A stretch of 63,265 nucleotides of DNA, the filler included, from Intoshia linei (Eukaryota > Animalia > Orthonectida): the NCBI GenBank assembly GCA_001642005.1. It is 6 parts of 6 records of this genome, joined end to end, with 100 filler letters (N's around TTAATTAATTAA, not from the genome) between each part and the next. Parts side by side here need not be neighbours in the genome. Positions count along the whole stretch, not along the records: positions 39,932 to 51,066 come from LWCA01001210.1; positions 51,167 to 55,625 come from LWCA01001932.1; positions 55,726 to 61,881 come from LWCA01001704.1; 3 more parts are not named here. One strand, given 5' to 3'. Below are positions 42,153 through 56,538 of the stretch, piece after piece. The notes under the pieces were generated by a model. That model saw only the letters and a program-made list of their open reading frames with translations. It ran no database searches and was not told the origin of the DNA. The translations under genes and the position numbers were made by a program. The stretch's first letter is position 1; each line of letters starts with the position of its first letter.

Positions 42153-45100
42153 ATGAAGAAAAATAGTGTAGAACCCGTAAAAGATAAAAAATCGTCAATT
42201 TTAAAAGAATTAAATAAAAATAATAAATTTGTGTCTTTTCAAGAAAACAGAGAGCATTTGATAATAAATTCAGGTAATTTAATTAATATATGCAAATTCA
42301 ATGACATATTTATAAATTTTTTAGAAGAGGGATGTATATCAAAAATGCAAGGTGGAACATATTTTATCAAACTTAAAGAAAATGGAAATCATTTTAAACG
42401 TAAATATTTTATCGATATAGACAAGAAAATAATACGATGGTACCCAACAAATAAAAAAAACAATAATTCTGCAAGTAAATAATACTCATTTTGTGAATAT
42501 TTGGTGTTAATTTAGTCGCAATCCAAGATATTAAAGAATTAAAAAACGGAATTTGTTCTCCTAGTTTTGTTAATTACGCTAGAAAATGTAATGTCGATGA
42601 AGAAAATTGCATGTCCATTATTTATGGAGACAATTTTAATAGATTAGACTTGTTTAATGATGATCCCATTTATATTGATATATGGCGTATTGGGTTGCAG
42701 TTAATACTAAATAAAGACACTAAACGTAATTTCTTTTTAATAATATGCGAATAGATAGATTTACCTAAGACTTAAGTCTAAGTAAATGAGTTGTAAATTT
42801 TTACTGATTAATTAATGATTAGTCGATTAAGTGATAAATTTATTCATAATAATGTTTATAGGTGCAAACATGGATAACATTACCGTCATGCGAGATAAAT
42901 GGTTAAAAACTGTTTTCGATACAGCCAACATTGATGAATCTGGTATGATTAATCTTCGTCAATTGAGTGAACTAGTTTCGGACGTCGGAGAATTTTTCTC
43001 CATATCGAAAATTGTAAGGAAAATAAAAGTAATTTGTACAATGTATATAATAATAATACATATCATAATAAAAACATTAATTAATTTATAATGGTTAATA
43101 AACTTATAGGTTACAATGATCTTTAATCATTTACATTTATTAATTTAAATATTTTATTTTTATATAATCATTTTTTCTAATAATATATTCATGTATATCA
43201 AAATTTAAGATTTAAATTCACTAAAACATAACTTAATGTTTAATAAAAATTACATATTTAGTGACAGGTGACCTGTCACAGGTCCCTAATTTTATCACGC
43301 AATGAGAAAAATACCTTTTTTATGGTTATTAATATATTTCACAAATTTTAAATTTCTCATTACCCTTAACTCTCAGAATTAGGCTGAAAATGGCTGATGT
43401 ATATAAAAATTTAGGAGATGGTTAAAAATGAAAAACCAAGTGAAACTGATGTATCGGAAAAAATTGAAGAACGAAAGATTGACCTGAATGCTTTTATTGG
43501 ACTTTGTAAAGAACTTTGTGTCAGACCAGAAGTATATTCACTGTTAGTCAAGTAATTATTCAGTATTTAATTGTTTATTACATTTGTATATAGAATAATT
43601 TCCCAAAATCACTAAATTATAGAAATTAGACACACTAATATACCTAATTGTGTTTTACTAACAAAATTAATAACATAATCAAATAATATTAATCGTTGAA
43701 CTAATCGTATTTAACATAATGCAAAATAAAAAAATATTTCCAATTATTATTATAGTCCAACATAAATTGTATAATTTATCATTTATACATAGGATATATC
43801 AATATTATTTCATAATTATCATACAACATATCATTTATCAATATTAAATAAATTGAAAAGTAATCTAATTTTATATTTTTTAACAGTACAATTCAATATT
43901 GATTTTAATTTCTAAAAAAGATTATTCATCACTATAAAATTTTTCAAATTAGATAATTATTAACTATAATTGTATTATAAAATTTTAATGAAGTAATTAT
44001 TATTTATTGATTTGTACGACTTTGTATTATAAATTTTTAAAAGTTGATCAAATTGAGTTAAGTTAATCATTCCAGTTAGTAGGATTGTATATTTTTGTGG
44101 GTCAAATATTTATCTGAAAAAAATGAATGAATCCAGAGAGTAGAGAAATTACTTAGTATGAACAGTTATTAATGATGTATTCATGACAACCCTGAATTTT
44201 TTTTATATAATGAATGGCTACCTGTATCGTGCCAAGGTTTAAATGGACTTAAAATGTAAATATTTTATGTTTGCTTTGATTAATTTAGTTTTTAATAAGA
44301 TAGATAATGTATTTTTTCCCTAATCATTTAAAGGATTTCTGAAAGAGATCAATAGGTATATGATTAGATTAAATCAAGATTTGTAAAAATATGCACATAA
44401 AATAATAAAAAAAATAAATTTAACTAAAGAACATTTCACCTAGTTAACATTTAAATTAAATGTATTACAATGTTTCCAACATTAAAATAAATTTTAATAT
44501 AATAGTAACAAAGTTATATTTAATTTGATTCTAAACTAGGAAATTTTTAAAAATGAGAAATTACATAGCAATGATAAAAAAACAGAGAAAACAGGAATTA
44601 ATTTATCAGATGTAAAGCTATATTTCTGTATTTAAAATGGGTATACAGTCAATTCCCATTTTTTTTTCAAATTATAAGATGAATATTTACTTTTTCATTT
44701 TTAATTTTAATCGAACATTTTAAAAATATTAGTTGATAATACAGTGATATTTCGATATAGTCACGTTCGATTACTTAAATTTTAGTTTATTTAGAAACAA
44801 TTTTAAGCCAAAAATATTTTTTGCAATCATAGATATGTAATTTTGGCTTTAAACAATTAAAATAAGTTGTATCTGAATAATCTTCTTTCTTTTATTTTTA
44901 ATTGTTAGACCGTTAAATATATCTAATTTTTTGTTTCACATATTTGTTAATAAAATAGTTTCCAAATAAAAAATGAATACTAAACTCATTATTTGACTAT
45001 GTAGACGTCACTTTGTGACATTAAAAAATTTTTGTGTGTTAACTGGAGACAACTAGTGATTGTGCCGGGAAAAAACCGGGACAAAATTCCTGGGATTTCC

Positions 45101-48100
45101 CGAATAAAATTGAGACATACATGTTTTTTGATGTTTTATGTTTATTACAATGAAAATATGATTATATTATAATATTTAAAATTTACCATTTCAAAAATCC
45201 GATTTTACGAAATCTTATGAAAAAAATCCACTTCATCAAACTACAAATAAAAATCTAATTTTCCAGCTCTTAATGGAAAAATATTGTTTTTCCAATACTT
45301 TTTTTAAAAACCTAGTATTCCAACCACAAATTACTCACGCTTAAGGGAATTATTCTCTTTTTTCAATAATATTTTGAACAATATTATGAGTTGTTACGAA
45401 CTGGAACGCTATCATCAAGATTTTTAAAATTAAAGGAAGTCTTTATGACCGTTCAACATACGTCAACACAAAATGGAAGAAATTTCTCTACTGCTTCTAA
45501 TTTTGTTACAAAATGTAGAACGCGTTTAAAAGACCAATCTATCAATATTATGTTTGTTTTAAAACAGTTTTTCAACAATTTAAAATGAAAATTTTTTTTT
45601 CTAATTAATTAAGGTCTCTAAAAATTTTAATGCTTCTATACTATATATGAATAAAAATTTTTTATTTTTTCCGGGAAATTTAATTGTTAATCTCTTGGTT
45701 CTCGACTTTTGTCATTTCCCGGGAAATCACAATAACTAGAAACAACTGTATGAGCTGTATTTTTTTAAGAGTCTAGGACTATTTTCATTTTTTTAAAAAA
45801 AGGTAATCTGCTCTTTTGATTGTGAAACTTAAGTTTTTTGGGATTGCGATTTATGATAATGTTTATGATTTTTAAAATTATCATAGAATGTGTGTTTTAT
45901 AAAATTTTAAGACTTGTTTTTTTTATAAAAAGGGTAATTTGGATTTTGACCATAAAGATGTAAGTTTCTGAGGTTAAGATTTACGAAGATGTTAATTCAT
46001 TTCTAAGGCGTCCGATATTGTGAATTTTTTTAAATTTTTGAACTCATTTTATTTTTTTAAAAATAAAATAAATAACTCAATTTCTTAAAATTAAATTTGC
46101 AATATTGCATCGCTCTTCAAAAACTGTATTCAAAATTTGGGTTTGTTCTAATTTTAGTACTGTTAATTTTTTAAATTGTTATATATTGTATAAACGGCAA
46201 CAGACACACTCAGACATTTATGAAATATATAAGTAAAAGGTATACACTGTACATAAATATTAACAGTACAGCGCTATATAAAACTAATAATAGTATATTT
46301 TATTTTAATTTTATAAAAATGATTTAGATATTCCAGCAATGCCGATTATATTTCGACTGATGACTTAATGATCTTCTTTGAAACGGAACAAGGGGTTTTA
46401 TTATTTGATTAATGTTTTACTTAATATTATAACTTTGAGTTTCCAACATTGCATATAAGAAATGCATAATTAATTGACAAAAAAAAATTAATAATTATTA
46501 TTATAAATATTTTCATTACATAAAGTCATGTTTTCAAAACATAAATCACATTTTCATAATTAACGTCATATTTCAAATCGTTAAGTCGTTTTTTCAAATC
46601 TAAAGTCAGTTTTATTTCTTGGTTATTGATCGGACATGTCAAACTCAATTTTATTGGCGGAATAAATGTTTATTTCGTTATTATCAATATATTAATATAT
46701 ATCAATAACCAAGAAAATAAAATTGACTTTAGATTTAAAAAACGACGTTAGTTACAAAAAAACGACTTTATGTACTGAAAATGTCTATAATAATGAAATA
46801 ATAAAATTATAAGTTAATTTATAATTAATGATAAAATGAATTATTTATTATTATTAATAATTTATTATGAACGTTTTAGCAATCCAACATGACAAAAAAT
46901 GATTGTTTAAACATAATAAAGGAATTTGAAACAACTCAAACGGGAATAACTAATGGATACTTTACGATAGATGGTTAGTTATTATTGATTGACAAAATAA
47001 CTTTAAATAAATTATACTTTTTAGGATTTACCCGCTTTTTATCATCATACAAATGTCACATTTTTAATAATGAATCCTCTGTTGTTTATCAAAACATGGA
47101 CCAACCTTTGTCGCATTATTTCATTAATTCTTCTCATAATACGTAATTTATAACTACATTAAATTATATTTTTTTAAATATTATAATAATATGGGTATAA
47201 TTTATATATATTTAATAGGTTGACTGTTATGTACTACGTACAAACAGCACCTAGTTTTGCCGAGGGCACATTTTTATTGTACTAAAAAAATTTATTCACT
47301 ATATGAAAATCTAACTTAAAAATCCTACTATTCACTATTATCAATCCTTTAAAGGAGTGGTTCCCAAACTTGTTTCAGGTGGAACCGTCATATCGCATTA
47401 CTTTTTACTTTAAAATGAATTATTTTATATTAATTTTTTTTGTTAACATCTGCGTAAAGAATTTTAAAAACAATTGTTATCCCATTTTTTTAATTTATTA
47501 GACAGATGTGTGTATAATATTAAAAATAAAGTAAAAAATGTCCAATCCTAAAAATTGTAATAAATAGCATAAATTCCAGAAAAAATAAAATTATAAAAAC
47601 CTATTTTGTCTTTTATGTAAATTGTTTTAGATATTTAACTCAAGACCAACTTAAAGGAGATTCACACATTGATGCATATAAAAAAGCTTTGATAGCAGGT
47701 TGCCGCTGTGTTGAATGTAATTAATATCAATATTTCTACAAAACTATTACTACAAAATAGAATAATCAGGAATTTAAAAGCGGTCAACAACTAATAATTT
47801 TTAACGTTCAATTTTCAAAAATCACTTTTGAAAATTGATTTTATAGATATTAACCTTTAGGGATTGGCAATAATTGATTTATATTAATTTTTTTAAAAAT
47901 GTGAAAAAAATGAAAATTCTAAGTATAATATATTTATGACATACAAATGAATGTTGATACATTTTAAAATTGATGCGATTACAACTTGTTTATTAATTAC
48001 AATACAAATTACACAGCTATTATACAAATTTTACCAAAAAAAATGTTGGGTATATTCTGGATAAATTAAAAAAAAAATGCGATTTAATTGTGGAAACCCA

Positions 48101-50060
48101 TCAACAATGTAATGTAATTAGTATTTGTAATTTACTAAGAATTTAAAAAAAGTAACAATTTAACGAATATACAAGAATAACATGTTTTAAAGAATATAAA
48201 TTGTTTATCCTCAAACATTAGTAATTAGTAATTACTAATTAGTAATGAAATATTACATTATCTCCATTTTATGATTACATACATTACAATAATAAATTTA
48301 GATTTTTTTAAAATACCATTTCTTATATTTATTCAATTAATTGACATTAATTAGTTTAATTAATTAATTCTAATCCCTGCTAACTATACATTTATTACAT
48401 TTATTACCTAGTGGATTGTTGGGATGGAACAAAAAATGAACCCATAATCTACCACGGACACACATTAACATCAAAAATTGAATTTTTAGCCGTAATTGAA
48501 ACTATCAATGAATATGCTTTCCTTAAAAGCGAGTATACATTTATATTTTAAGCATTTTAATTTTTAAAAACATTTTACCACAAACCGGTAAATCAATATT
48601 TATCTTTTTTCATAATAATACAGTTTTATTTCAAGGGTCGGCATTTCGGAACCGTTGCCTTAAATAAACCTACAAAAATTTTGACTAAAAAAAAATAATA
48701 TGATTTATTAAATTTTAATTTAAACAAAATATATAATTATGTCGCTGAACTGAATGTTCACCGTATACAATGTGTGAAAGAAATGTTTGACTAGTAAGCA
48801 TTAAAAAATCACTAAAATCTTACTTGCTTAATTACCTCATTTTTTGTCACAGCTAAATGTATAAAATAGTCAACAACGTATATTTTTTCCACTATTGTCA
48901 TGCCAGGTGTATTATATATCTATTTTAGTTACCCACTAGTACTTTCAATAGAAAATCACTGTTCACCGCCATTCCAATCCAGAATGGTATATCACATGAA
49001 AACGATATTGTCTGATTCATTGTACACTGAAAAAATAAACGATAAAGATGAATGTTTACCAGCACCAAATTATTTAAAAAGAAAAATTTTAATCAAGGTA
49101 AGTCCAGCGCCCTTACTACAGTAATCAAATCTGTTTTTGAATGAAAAATAAATTGAAATTTATTGTATATACACTCGCAGAATAACATATTTAAATTTCT
49201 GATTGTTTTAGCCTAGAGGTGAGAAAAGTGCGGCCTTCTGAACAATTCGAACTATTTTTCATTTAAAATTATTTTATTATTTTTAAAATATTAATTTTTG
49301 GTAAAATAAAATTTTAAGAAAAAGCGGTTGTTTTCCTGGTGCGTTGGAAAAATTTTGGTTTTTTCTTATAAGATTTTATTAATTGAATAAAATATGCTAA
49401 AAATATATCATTAACATAAATCATTTAAAATGTTCGTTTTCACCCCTTGGCGGTAAGAAGCACTTCTTTATTTGACATTTATGAATAGATTTTATTTAGA
49501 ATGGTGCGGTTTTATTAAATTTTTTTGGGACGTTATTGCGACCTTCGAACAGTAAATACTTACCCACATCTGTCTATCCAATAGTATTATTGTTTAAACT
49601 TTAAAGAACGATTTAATCATATATAAAAACATTAAAATAGTGTAAAAAATTAAAAAATGGAGAAAATCAATTAGCCAGCGACGATGAGGAAGAAGAATCA
49701 AATAAATCAAAAAAAATAAAAGTATATTAAATTAATAATAAAAATAAATAAAATAAAAAACACTAAATTCTAATATATGACGGATATAAAAAATAAAAAT
49801 GTCATGCGCAATCTTAGAAATGGTTAATTTCAAGAATTCCTTAAAATAAATGTCCTATTCTACAAATTAGAAACAATGATAGAATCAGATATTGATGTCT
49901 AAGATTGTGCAAACAACAATGTAACGCTTTGATTTCAACATAAAATATCAATAAAATGAGTAATAATTTTAGAGAATTGCTATTATACAGGAATTGTCAG
50001 ATTTAGTCAATTATTTTGCTTCAACTGGGTTCAAAAAATTTGAAAACTCACATTTATTCC
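42153..50060 (+). CDS. PLCL: Phospholipase C-like protein (PLCL/PRIP-type architecture): PH, EF-hand, X box and start of Y box; 3' end not seen before the spacer
   Basis: KFVSF motif, [10 protein letters not shown] domain, [36 protein letters not shown]|YL, GCRCVE|[39 protein letters not shown]. Confidence 0.88.
45054..45738 (+). mobile_element. Non-autonomous hAT element inserted into a Helitron copy in a PLC intron
   Basis: TAGTGATTGTG.. / ..CACAATAACTA ends; TSD GAGACAAC/GAAACAAC; dimerisation relic [23 protein letters not shown]. Confidence 0.75.
46500..46790. repeat. Long intronic inverted repeat (foldback MITE)
   Basis: 46585-46630 is the near reverse complement of 46701-46746, with weaker outer arms. 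Confidence 0.7.
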
Positions 50061-50589
50061 GTAATTTTAAATTTAATCATTAGTTGTCTAGATTATAATT
50101 ATAACTAGCTTGCCAGTTTTGTACTACGTACAAACAGCACCTAGTTCTGCCGAAGGCACTCTTTTATTATACCAAAAAAATAAATTCATGTTGAAAATCT
50201 AACTTAAAAACTATACTATTAACTATTATCAATCCTTTGTTTTGTTAACATTTGCGTAACGAATTTAAAAACAATTTTTATCATATTTTTTTAATTTATT
50301 AGACAGAATGTGTATATAATATTAAAAATAAAGTAAAAACAGTCCAATTCTAAAAATTGTCATGAATAGCATAAATTCTAGAAAAAATAAAATTATAAAA
50401 ACATATTTTGTCATTTTCAATGTGATGACATATATTCAGTATCAATTTAATAAATACTTAAAAATACCAATTGTGTATAAATAATTAATTGAATCTTCAC
50501 TTTATAAATATTTCAGTCGAATTTTACCATTATTGCAAAGAATTGTAATATAAAAATGATTAATGTTACTTTTCTTTTTACCATTTTAA

Positions 50590-51066
50590 AACCGCAAAAA
50601 CCCCGAAATTGAAAATGCTTTAGGTAGGTGGTTTAACATTGTAATTACGAGAGGAGTAAGTATTAACGATCTAATTTTTCAAAGAAAAGCTGAAGAATTT
50701 GCAATAGAATTAGGCTGTCATGACGTTAAATATACACATGGTTGGCTTGCCAGATGAAAACATAGAAACCATATTAAATACAAATCAGCACATGGTGAAA
50801 AGTTTGGTTCAAAAAAAAATTTTCTAAAAACTCCCCTTAAAATTTTGGTTTAAAAAAAATTACTAAAACTTAAAATTATACTAAAATATAAATGGAAGTT
50901 TTACACATTCTACGACTTGGCCATAGAATGTGTACATTTCACATTTTTACACATTCTATGTGACTATATATATTAAATAACATTTTATTTATTTGAAGTA
51001 TTTACTTTTTTGATTTTTCGGATATAAGAGACGTCCGGTTATAAGGGACAAATTGCTTGGTCCCGA
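50590..51066 (+). mobile_element. Tigger/pogo relic (HTH region and subterminal repeats)
   Basis: ENALGRWF..QRKAEEFAIELG..THGWLAR*KHRNHI..HGEK. Confidence 0.75.
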
Positions 51067-51235
51067 NNNNNNNNNNNNNNNNNNNNNNNNNNNNNNNNNN
51101 NNNNNNNNNNTTAATTAATTAANNNNNNNNNNNNNNNNNNNNNNNNNNNNNNNNNNNNNNNNNNNNGTTTCATCTTTATAAATGTATTATCGTTTCTGTA
51201 ATCTGTATTATAATTTATAAAACATTTTTATAGTA

Positions 51236-51405
51236 CAGTAATATCTCGAAATAATCGTTTGATTACTTAAATTTTAGTTTATTTAGAAACAATTTTAAGC
51301 CAAAAATATTTTTTGCAATCATAGATATGTAATTTTGGCTTTACATTTAACTCCAAATAAACTAAAATTGAAGTAATCGAACATGACTAAATCGAGATAT
51401 CACTG
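51236..51405. mobile_element. TA-flanked palindromic MITE
   Basis: About 55-bp imperfect TIRs CAGTAATATCTCGA.. / ..TCGAGATATCACTG; partial copy at about 44741-44855. Confidence 0.75.
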
Positions 51406-52282
51406 TAATAACAAACAAATCAAATACAGGTATGTCTAAATTTTTTTCGGGAAATCCCGGGAATTTTGTCCTGGTTTTTTTTCCCGGCACAATCACTACT
51501 TGGTTAAAAAAATCTTAAAAAATCTTCGCCATTAACGTTTGATAAAAAAATAATCTGAAAATTTCCCTTCAAGGGTTGGTTAAAAAATTATTCTGAAAAT
51601 TACCTTTTGATTGTTTGGTACTGAGACTTATTTACCTAAAATCTAGTATGTACCTATGAAATAAAAATAAAATTTATCTTAGGTATTTAACAAGTATCCA
51701 GTTGTACAGCACACAAAAATTGGAACTATACTAAATCTGAACCAAATTGATCAATTTTAACTACCTGATACTGATAATTCGTGATGTACAATTATAATTA
51801 CTTACTATTCATAATAAATTATCATATTGCGTCATAATTTCAGTAAAAAAAGAAAGACTTGTTCATATATAATTTACTTTGATAATAAAATAATACAATT
51901 TCCCAGTTTTTTTCAAATTGTTGAATTATTTCAATTGCATTAGTTGTACTCTATTTTAAGATATATCTATTACTAGAATAAATTTACTTATATACACTGT
52001 ATAATTATATAATTATATTCATTTAATATGAATGTAACTAATTTATGGTATAAGAAATTGGCACAAGTTTAAATTTAACAAACATAATTAAGCGTTATAT
52101 ACATACTAGGGTCACCAGGATTTCACAATATTACGGCCATTCTGGGGCAAATTTGAACTTTACTATGAATTATTTTTGGGCCGTTTTCTGGTACATTAAT
52201 AAACATCTCTGTAACAACAAGATTTAAAAAGTAAATTGGTTTTACCAATAATTTTTATAAAGTATACATATTATGTATACTA

Positions 52283-52800
52283 TTAGGTCGTTCCGTAAGT
52301 AATGTCGTTTTTTTAACAAAATTAAAAAGTTTATTTGATTACATTAAAAATACATTTATATTATAAAATATTCACCATTGCTTTCCACAGTCTTTTGCTA
52401 ACGTTCCGGTAGTCTATTTATACCATTAACATAAAAACTCGCTTTTTTATTGGACAAAAAGTTTTCTATGTCCAATTTTAACCCTTCATTTGAAGTGTAT
52501 TTTTTACCATATTAATGGTTATTCATAGCTTCTTCATAGCTCAATTTTAACTCCTTTAGAAACTGAGTGTGAGGTCTAGCATTGTCTTGTTGTAAGATAA
52601 TATTGCCTTTACGAAACTTTAGTGGTCTTTTTAGGTAAATATTGTGATTTAATTTTTCTAATTGTTCACAGTATTTATCAGAATTAATGGTTTCTTTGTT
52701 TTCTAGAAATTGATGATATACTACACCCTCCGTATCCACAATATGCATAGCATAATCTTTTTACAGTGTAAATTGGGTTTGGGGTACATAATGGGGATTT
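52283..52800 (-). mobile_element. mariner (Mos1-like) transposase relic
   Basis: KPNLHCKKIMLC, TINSDKYCEQL, LQQDNARPHT, GINRLPER*QK..NGEY; TIR TTAGGTCGTTCCGTAAGTAATGTCG. A second copy starts near 55378 (HIRHILLYE). Confidence 0.9.
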
Positions 52801-53696
52801 ATTTGGTGAAATCCTATTTGAATTGGATTTTTTCTTTAAGGTTTGGTAAAATTGGATTTTTGAATGATAGATATTGACAAAATTTAAAATTAAAGAAAAT
52901 TTTTTATAATGACTAAAATGGCAAAATGACTGATTCAGAAAAATTTTTACTGTGATTCACTAAGATTTACTGTGATTAACTTGGATTCACTGAAATTCAT
53001 AATTTGTAGTGTAAATTACTTTCATTCACATAAAATTTCCAACAAAAGTACTGAAATTCACACCTACATATGATTTATAGTTTGCAATTCTTAGCGAAAA
53101 ATTAATTTTGAAATAAATTAATTCCAGCTGATTAAAGGTTACAGTTTTGTATGTATTCCAAAAAAAATATTGTAAAAAAATTATTTAAGAAAGTTAGATG
53201 ATTTGAGATTTAAAAATTCTATATTTCTATTACAGTTTTTCAAAGATGTTTTATTGCATTTCATTTTCAGAAATTGAGTCCTTCAAGGTAAAAAACCACA
53301 ATTGCCCTTTTTTTAACTTTTGTATAAAAGAAAAAAGTCCTAAAATTTTATAAAGTTGTTGAATAGGTTTTAAAATCATATAAATTATCATAAATCGCAA
53401 ATCCAAAAAAGTTAATTTTCACGATCAAAAGCACAGATTACCTTTTTTAAAAAAATTACAGCTAATGGTTATATCAAGTTAACACGCACAAAAAAAATTC
53501 CAATTTCTTTATTTAAAAATAATTAACGGTCCTACAATTAAAAAAAAGATTATTCTGATACAGCTTATCGATTTATAATATTGTTCTCCGTGTTTAGTTA
53601 TACAGTTTATTTTTTTAAATTTGTTTCTAGCTCAATTTTTTGGGATTTTATTAACGATTTAATTTCTCGAATTCTCGTAATTTACATTATTTAAAC

Positions 53697-54385
53697 TAGC
53701 GGTTCTCAACCTTTTTCAGGCCATGACCCAAAAAAGTTCTGCCTAAAATTCCATGGACCACCTTAAAATATTTTTATTTACAGTAAAATGCTTTATTTAT
53801 TTAAATTTATACTAGTTAGTGACTGCTTTGGCATTGGTGTTTGTTGCACAATGAATCGTTATCAATTTAATCTTAATCGCATTATTCCTCGGTTGTTCAC
53901 ATCCAATTTTGATTTCTTCTTACTAAAAATATCGACAACTGCTGAAAATCCAGCTTTTACAAAAGCAATAAGCAAAAGTAGGAAAAGCAATAATGCTTGG
54001 TTAAACATTATCAAACACAATTGGATTTGATTCTTGAATTCCTATAAATCCAAATACACCTTTCTTTTCTATTCGTCTTACTAATTTCAAATCTACTTTT
54101 AAGACTTAAAATAATTAAATTAAGTTCAAGAGTTTTTCAGTTAGTTCAGGAATGGTTCCATCATCTGGTTCAAAGTTTTGAAGATCTGTAAACCATAATT
54201 CCAAATTTATATTTCAAATTCATTATGCATTTATAGATTTTGTTTTGGTTAACAATTTTATGACTTAATACACCAAATTTTTTTTAATGTTAAAAATTTT
54301 AATTTTAAAATTATTAAATAAAAATTTAAAAATTTAATTCTGTGGCCCACCAAAAATTCATTGTAGCCCACGTTGAGAACCTCTG
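53697..54385 (-). mobile_element. Non-autonomous hAT (Buster-like) element, second copy
   Basis: Inverted copy of 23092-23686; perfect TSD ATTTAAAC. Confidence 0.9.
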
Positions 54386-55932
54386 ATTTAAACTGCATTC
54401 AATTGCATTGTATTTATTACACCACATGATATTTTTACACTAATGTATGATTTATAGGTACTTTAATGTGTTAAGCCTTAACTTAAGATTAAATTACAAA
54501 AGAAATTAGTTTAATTTCTTAAATTAGAAGCTAATAAATTTTAGATTTTTTACTTGTAAAAAATTAACTATCGCTCAGGCTTTTGTAATATTAAAATTCG
54601 TCGATATTATATATCGTACAGGATTTTGCGATTTTATAATTTATTGATACATTATTTATTATCCATCGTGTATCATGTATCCTCTTCAAAGTGTTAAATA
54701 AAACGTTAAAAATGATCACACATTTTTAGCTGTACATCTCCCACGATTAACGCAGTGAAAATGAATTTAAAGTTAAATTTAATTACGAATTTTCAAATTT
54801 TTACCAAATTTTCTTAGTACAATTTACATTTTCAAATCATATTCAACAAAGAATTGATTTACTATACAAATAATTTTAATATAATATCTAACTTTCTAAA
54901 TATGCAAACTAATGAAAAAAAAGACGAAATGTTATTATCTTTTTACATGTATTATAAAGTTTATATATATTTTTTATACAGTAGTCTTGCCTCTAAAATT
55001 GATATCAAATATTCAAAAAGATATAAACTTGGAGAAGGAAAAACATATAGTTATTTTTAAAAATATAGAATAAACTTAAAAAATCAAACTTTCCCCGATT
55101 AACCCAATTTCTGTGGTTGATATTCTGGCATTATAAATCGCGTTAATAGAGGGAGACGTGTATTTGAGTACTTTTTTAAATACTGCGCTGTTATGGTGTT
55201 GTAAAGCCCAAAATGTTCTAAAACTTTAGTTTAGACTTTAGAAAATAAAAAAATTAAACAAGTTATTCTGAAAAGTAAATACTATCTTTATATTTCTTAT
55301 TCTATGTACCACGTAGATACTTACTCTACATACCTGGTATATTTTACCATAAAGTACTTATTTATTTAGCTAAACTATTAGGTCGTTTCATAAGTAATGT
55401 CGTTTTTATTGTAACTTTATTATAAATCATTATATCTTTACGAATATTTACTGTAAGTGCGTTATTTTTTTATTTTTACGAAATATGGACAAAATGTGTA
55501 TTCGATGAAAGAGTAATTTCCGATGACAAACATATTTTAATTTCATTTCATTTTTTAATTAGTATTTAGAAAAACAAGTTGGATGATTATGATGGTCATA
55601 TCAGACATATTTTACTTTATGAGTTNNNNNNNNNNNNNNNNNNNNNNNNNNNNNNNNNNNNNNNNNNNNTTAATTAATTAANNNNNNNNNNNNNNNNNNN
55701 NNNNNNNNNNNNNNNNNNNNNNNNNATGCCAATTTTCATAAATTTTGATCTACAAATATAATTGTTATTAACAAAATGAGTGTTGTTATAATTATTGGAC
55801 GGAGTGTATAAGGGCTTGTATTTCATGGTTACCATTTCTTAATTTTCACTTTTGAATGGTTTATAGGTTTCATGTGACCCGCTTGAGTACTAATTCTGTA
55901 TAAAGTATAAATACAAATAATTATTTTTTTAG

Positions 55933-56211
55933 TATAATGAACCCGGTCAAAAAACTGTTAAAAATAAATTCCACGAACTTGCTCCAAATATCATTAGAAG
56001 GAATGTAAACTTACCAAACCAATTGTATCAAAATATTCAAACTAATGAAAATTCACCAAAAGTATTCATCTGCTCTAAAGTTAATGAACAGTCTTATCAA
56101 ACTAAAATTGCAAATAATGGCAATACAAACACCACTATAAGTTCTGTAATTGAGTCGCATCAAAATAACAATAGTGTCTCCATTATTGTTGAAAGTGATG
56201 ATGAATTTTAA
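55933..56211 (+). CDS. Probable terminal exon of an unidentified gene
   Basis: Open frame after a TTTTTAG acceptor, Asn/Ser-rich, ending ESDDEF*. Confidence 0.35.
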   Translation, partial: YNEPGQKTVKNKFHELAPNIIRRNVNLPNQLYQNIQTNENSPKVFICSKVNEQSYQTKIANNGNTNTTISSVIESHQNNNSVSIIVESDDEF

Positions 56212-56538
56212 ATTCATTTTGTTGAAAAATTGTATTATAATAATATTAAATTTAAATCCAGAAAAGTTTTGAATTTTATATCAAACATTTACTTACAAAT
56301 GTTAATAAAACTGAGTTTATGTTACGGTTTAATTAAACAATTAAAAGATCTTGAATTTTCAACATTTCTACTACAGTTTTTCGATGGTGAGTTTTTATAT
56401 TAAATATTAGTGTAAAAAAAATATATGAATACTAAAGTGCTCTTTTAACCGTGAAGACGCCACTTATTCAGATTGAAATTTTTTGTGTGTGTTAACAGGA
56501 TACAACTACCACCTGTATTTTTGTATATAAAAATTAGT

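Noticed and set aside
53788-54030. ORF-track entries such as 53788, 58373, 61556, 19668, 33598, 35850, 493 and 27769
   Set aside because: Antisense shadows of real exons or chance ORFs inside repeats
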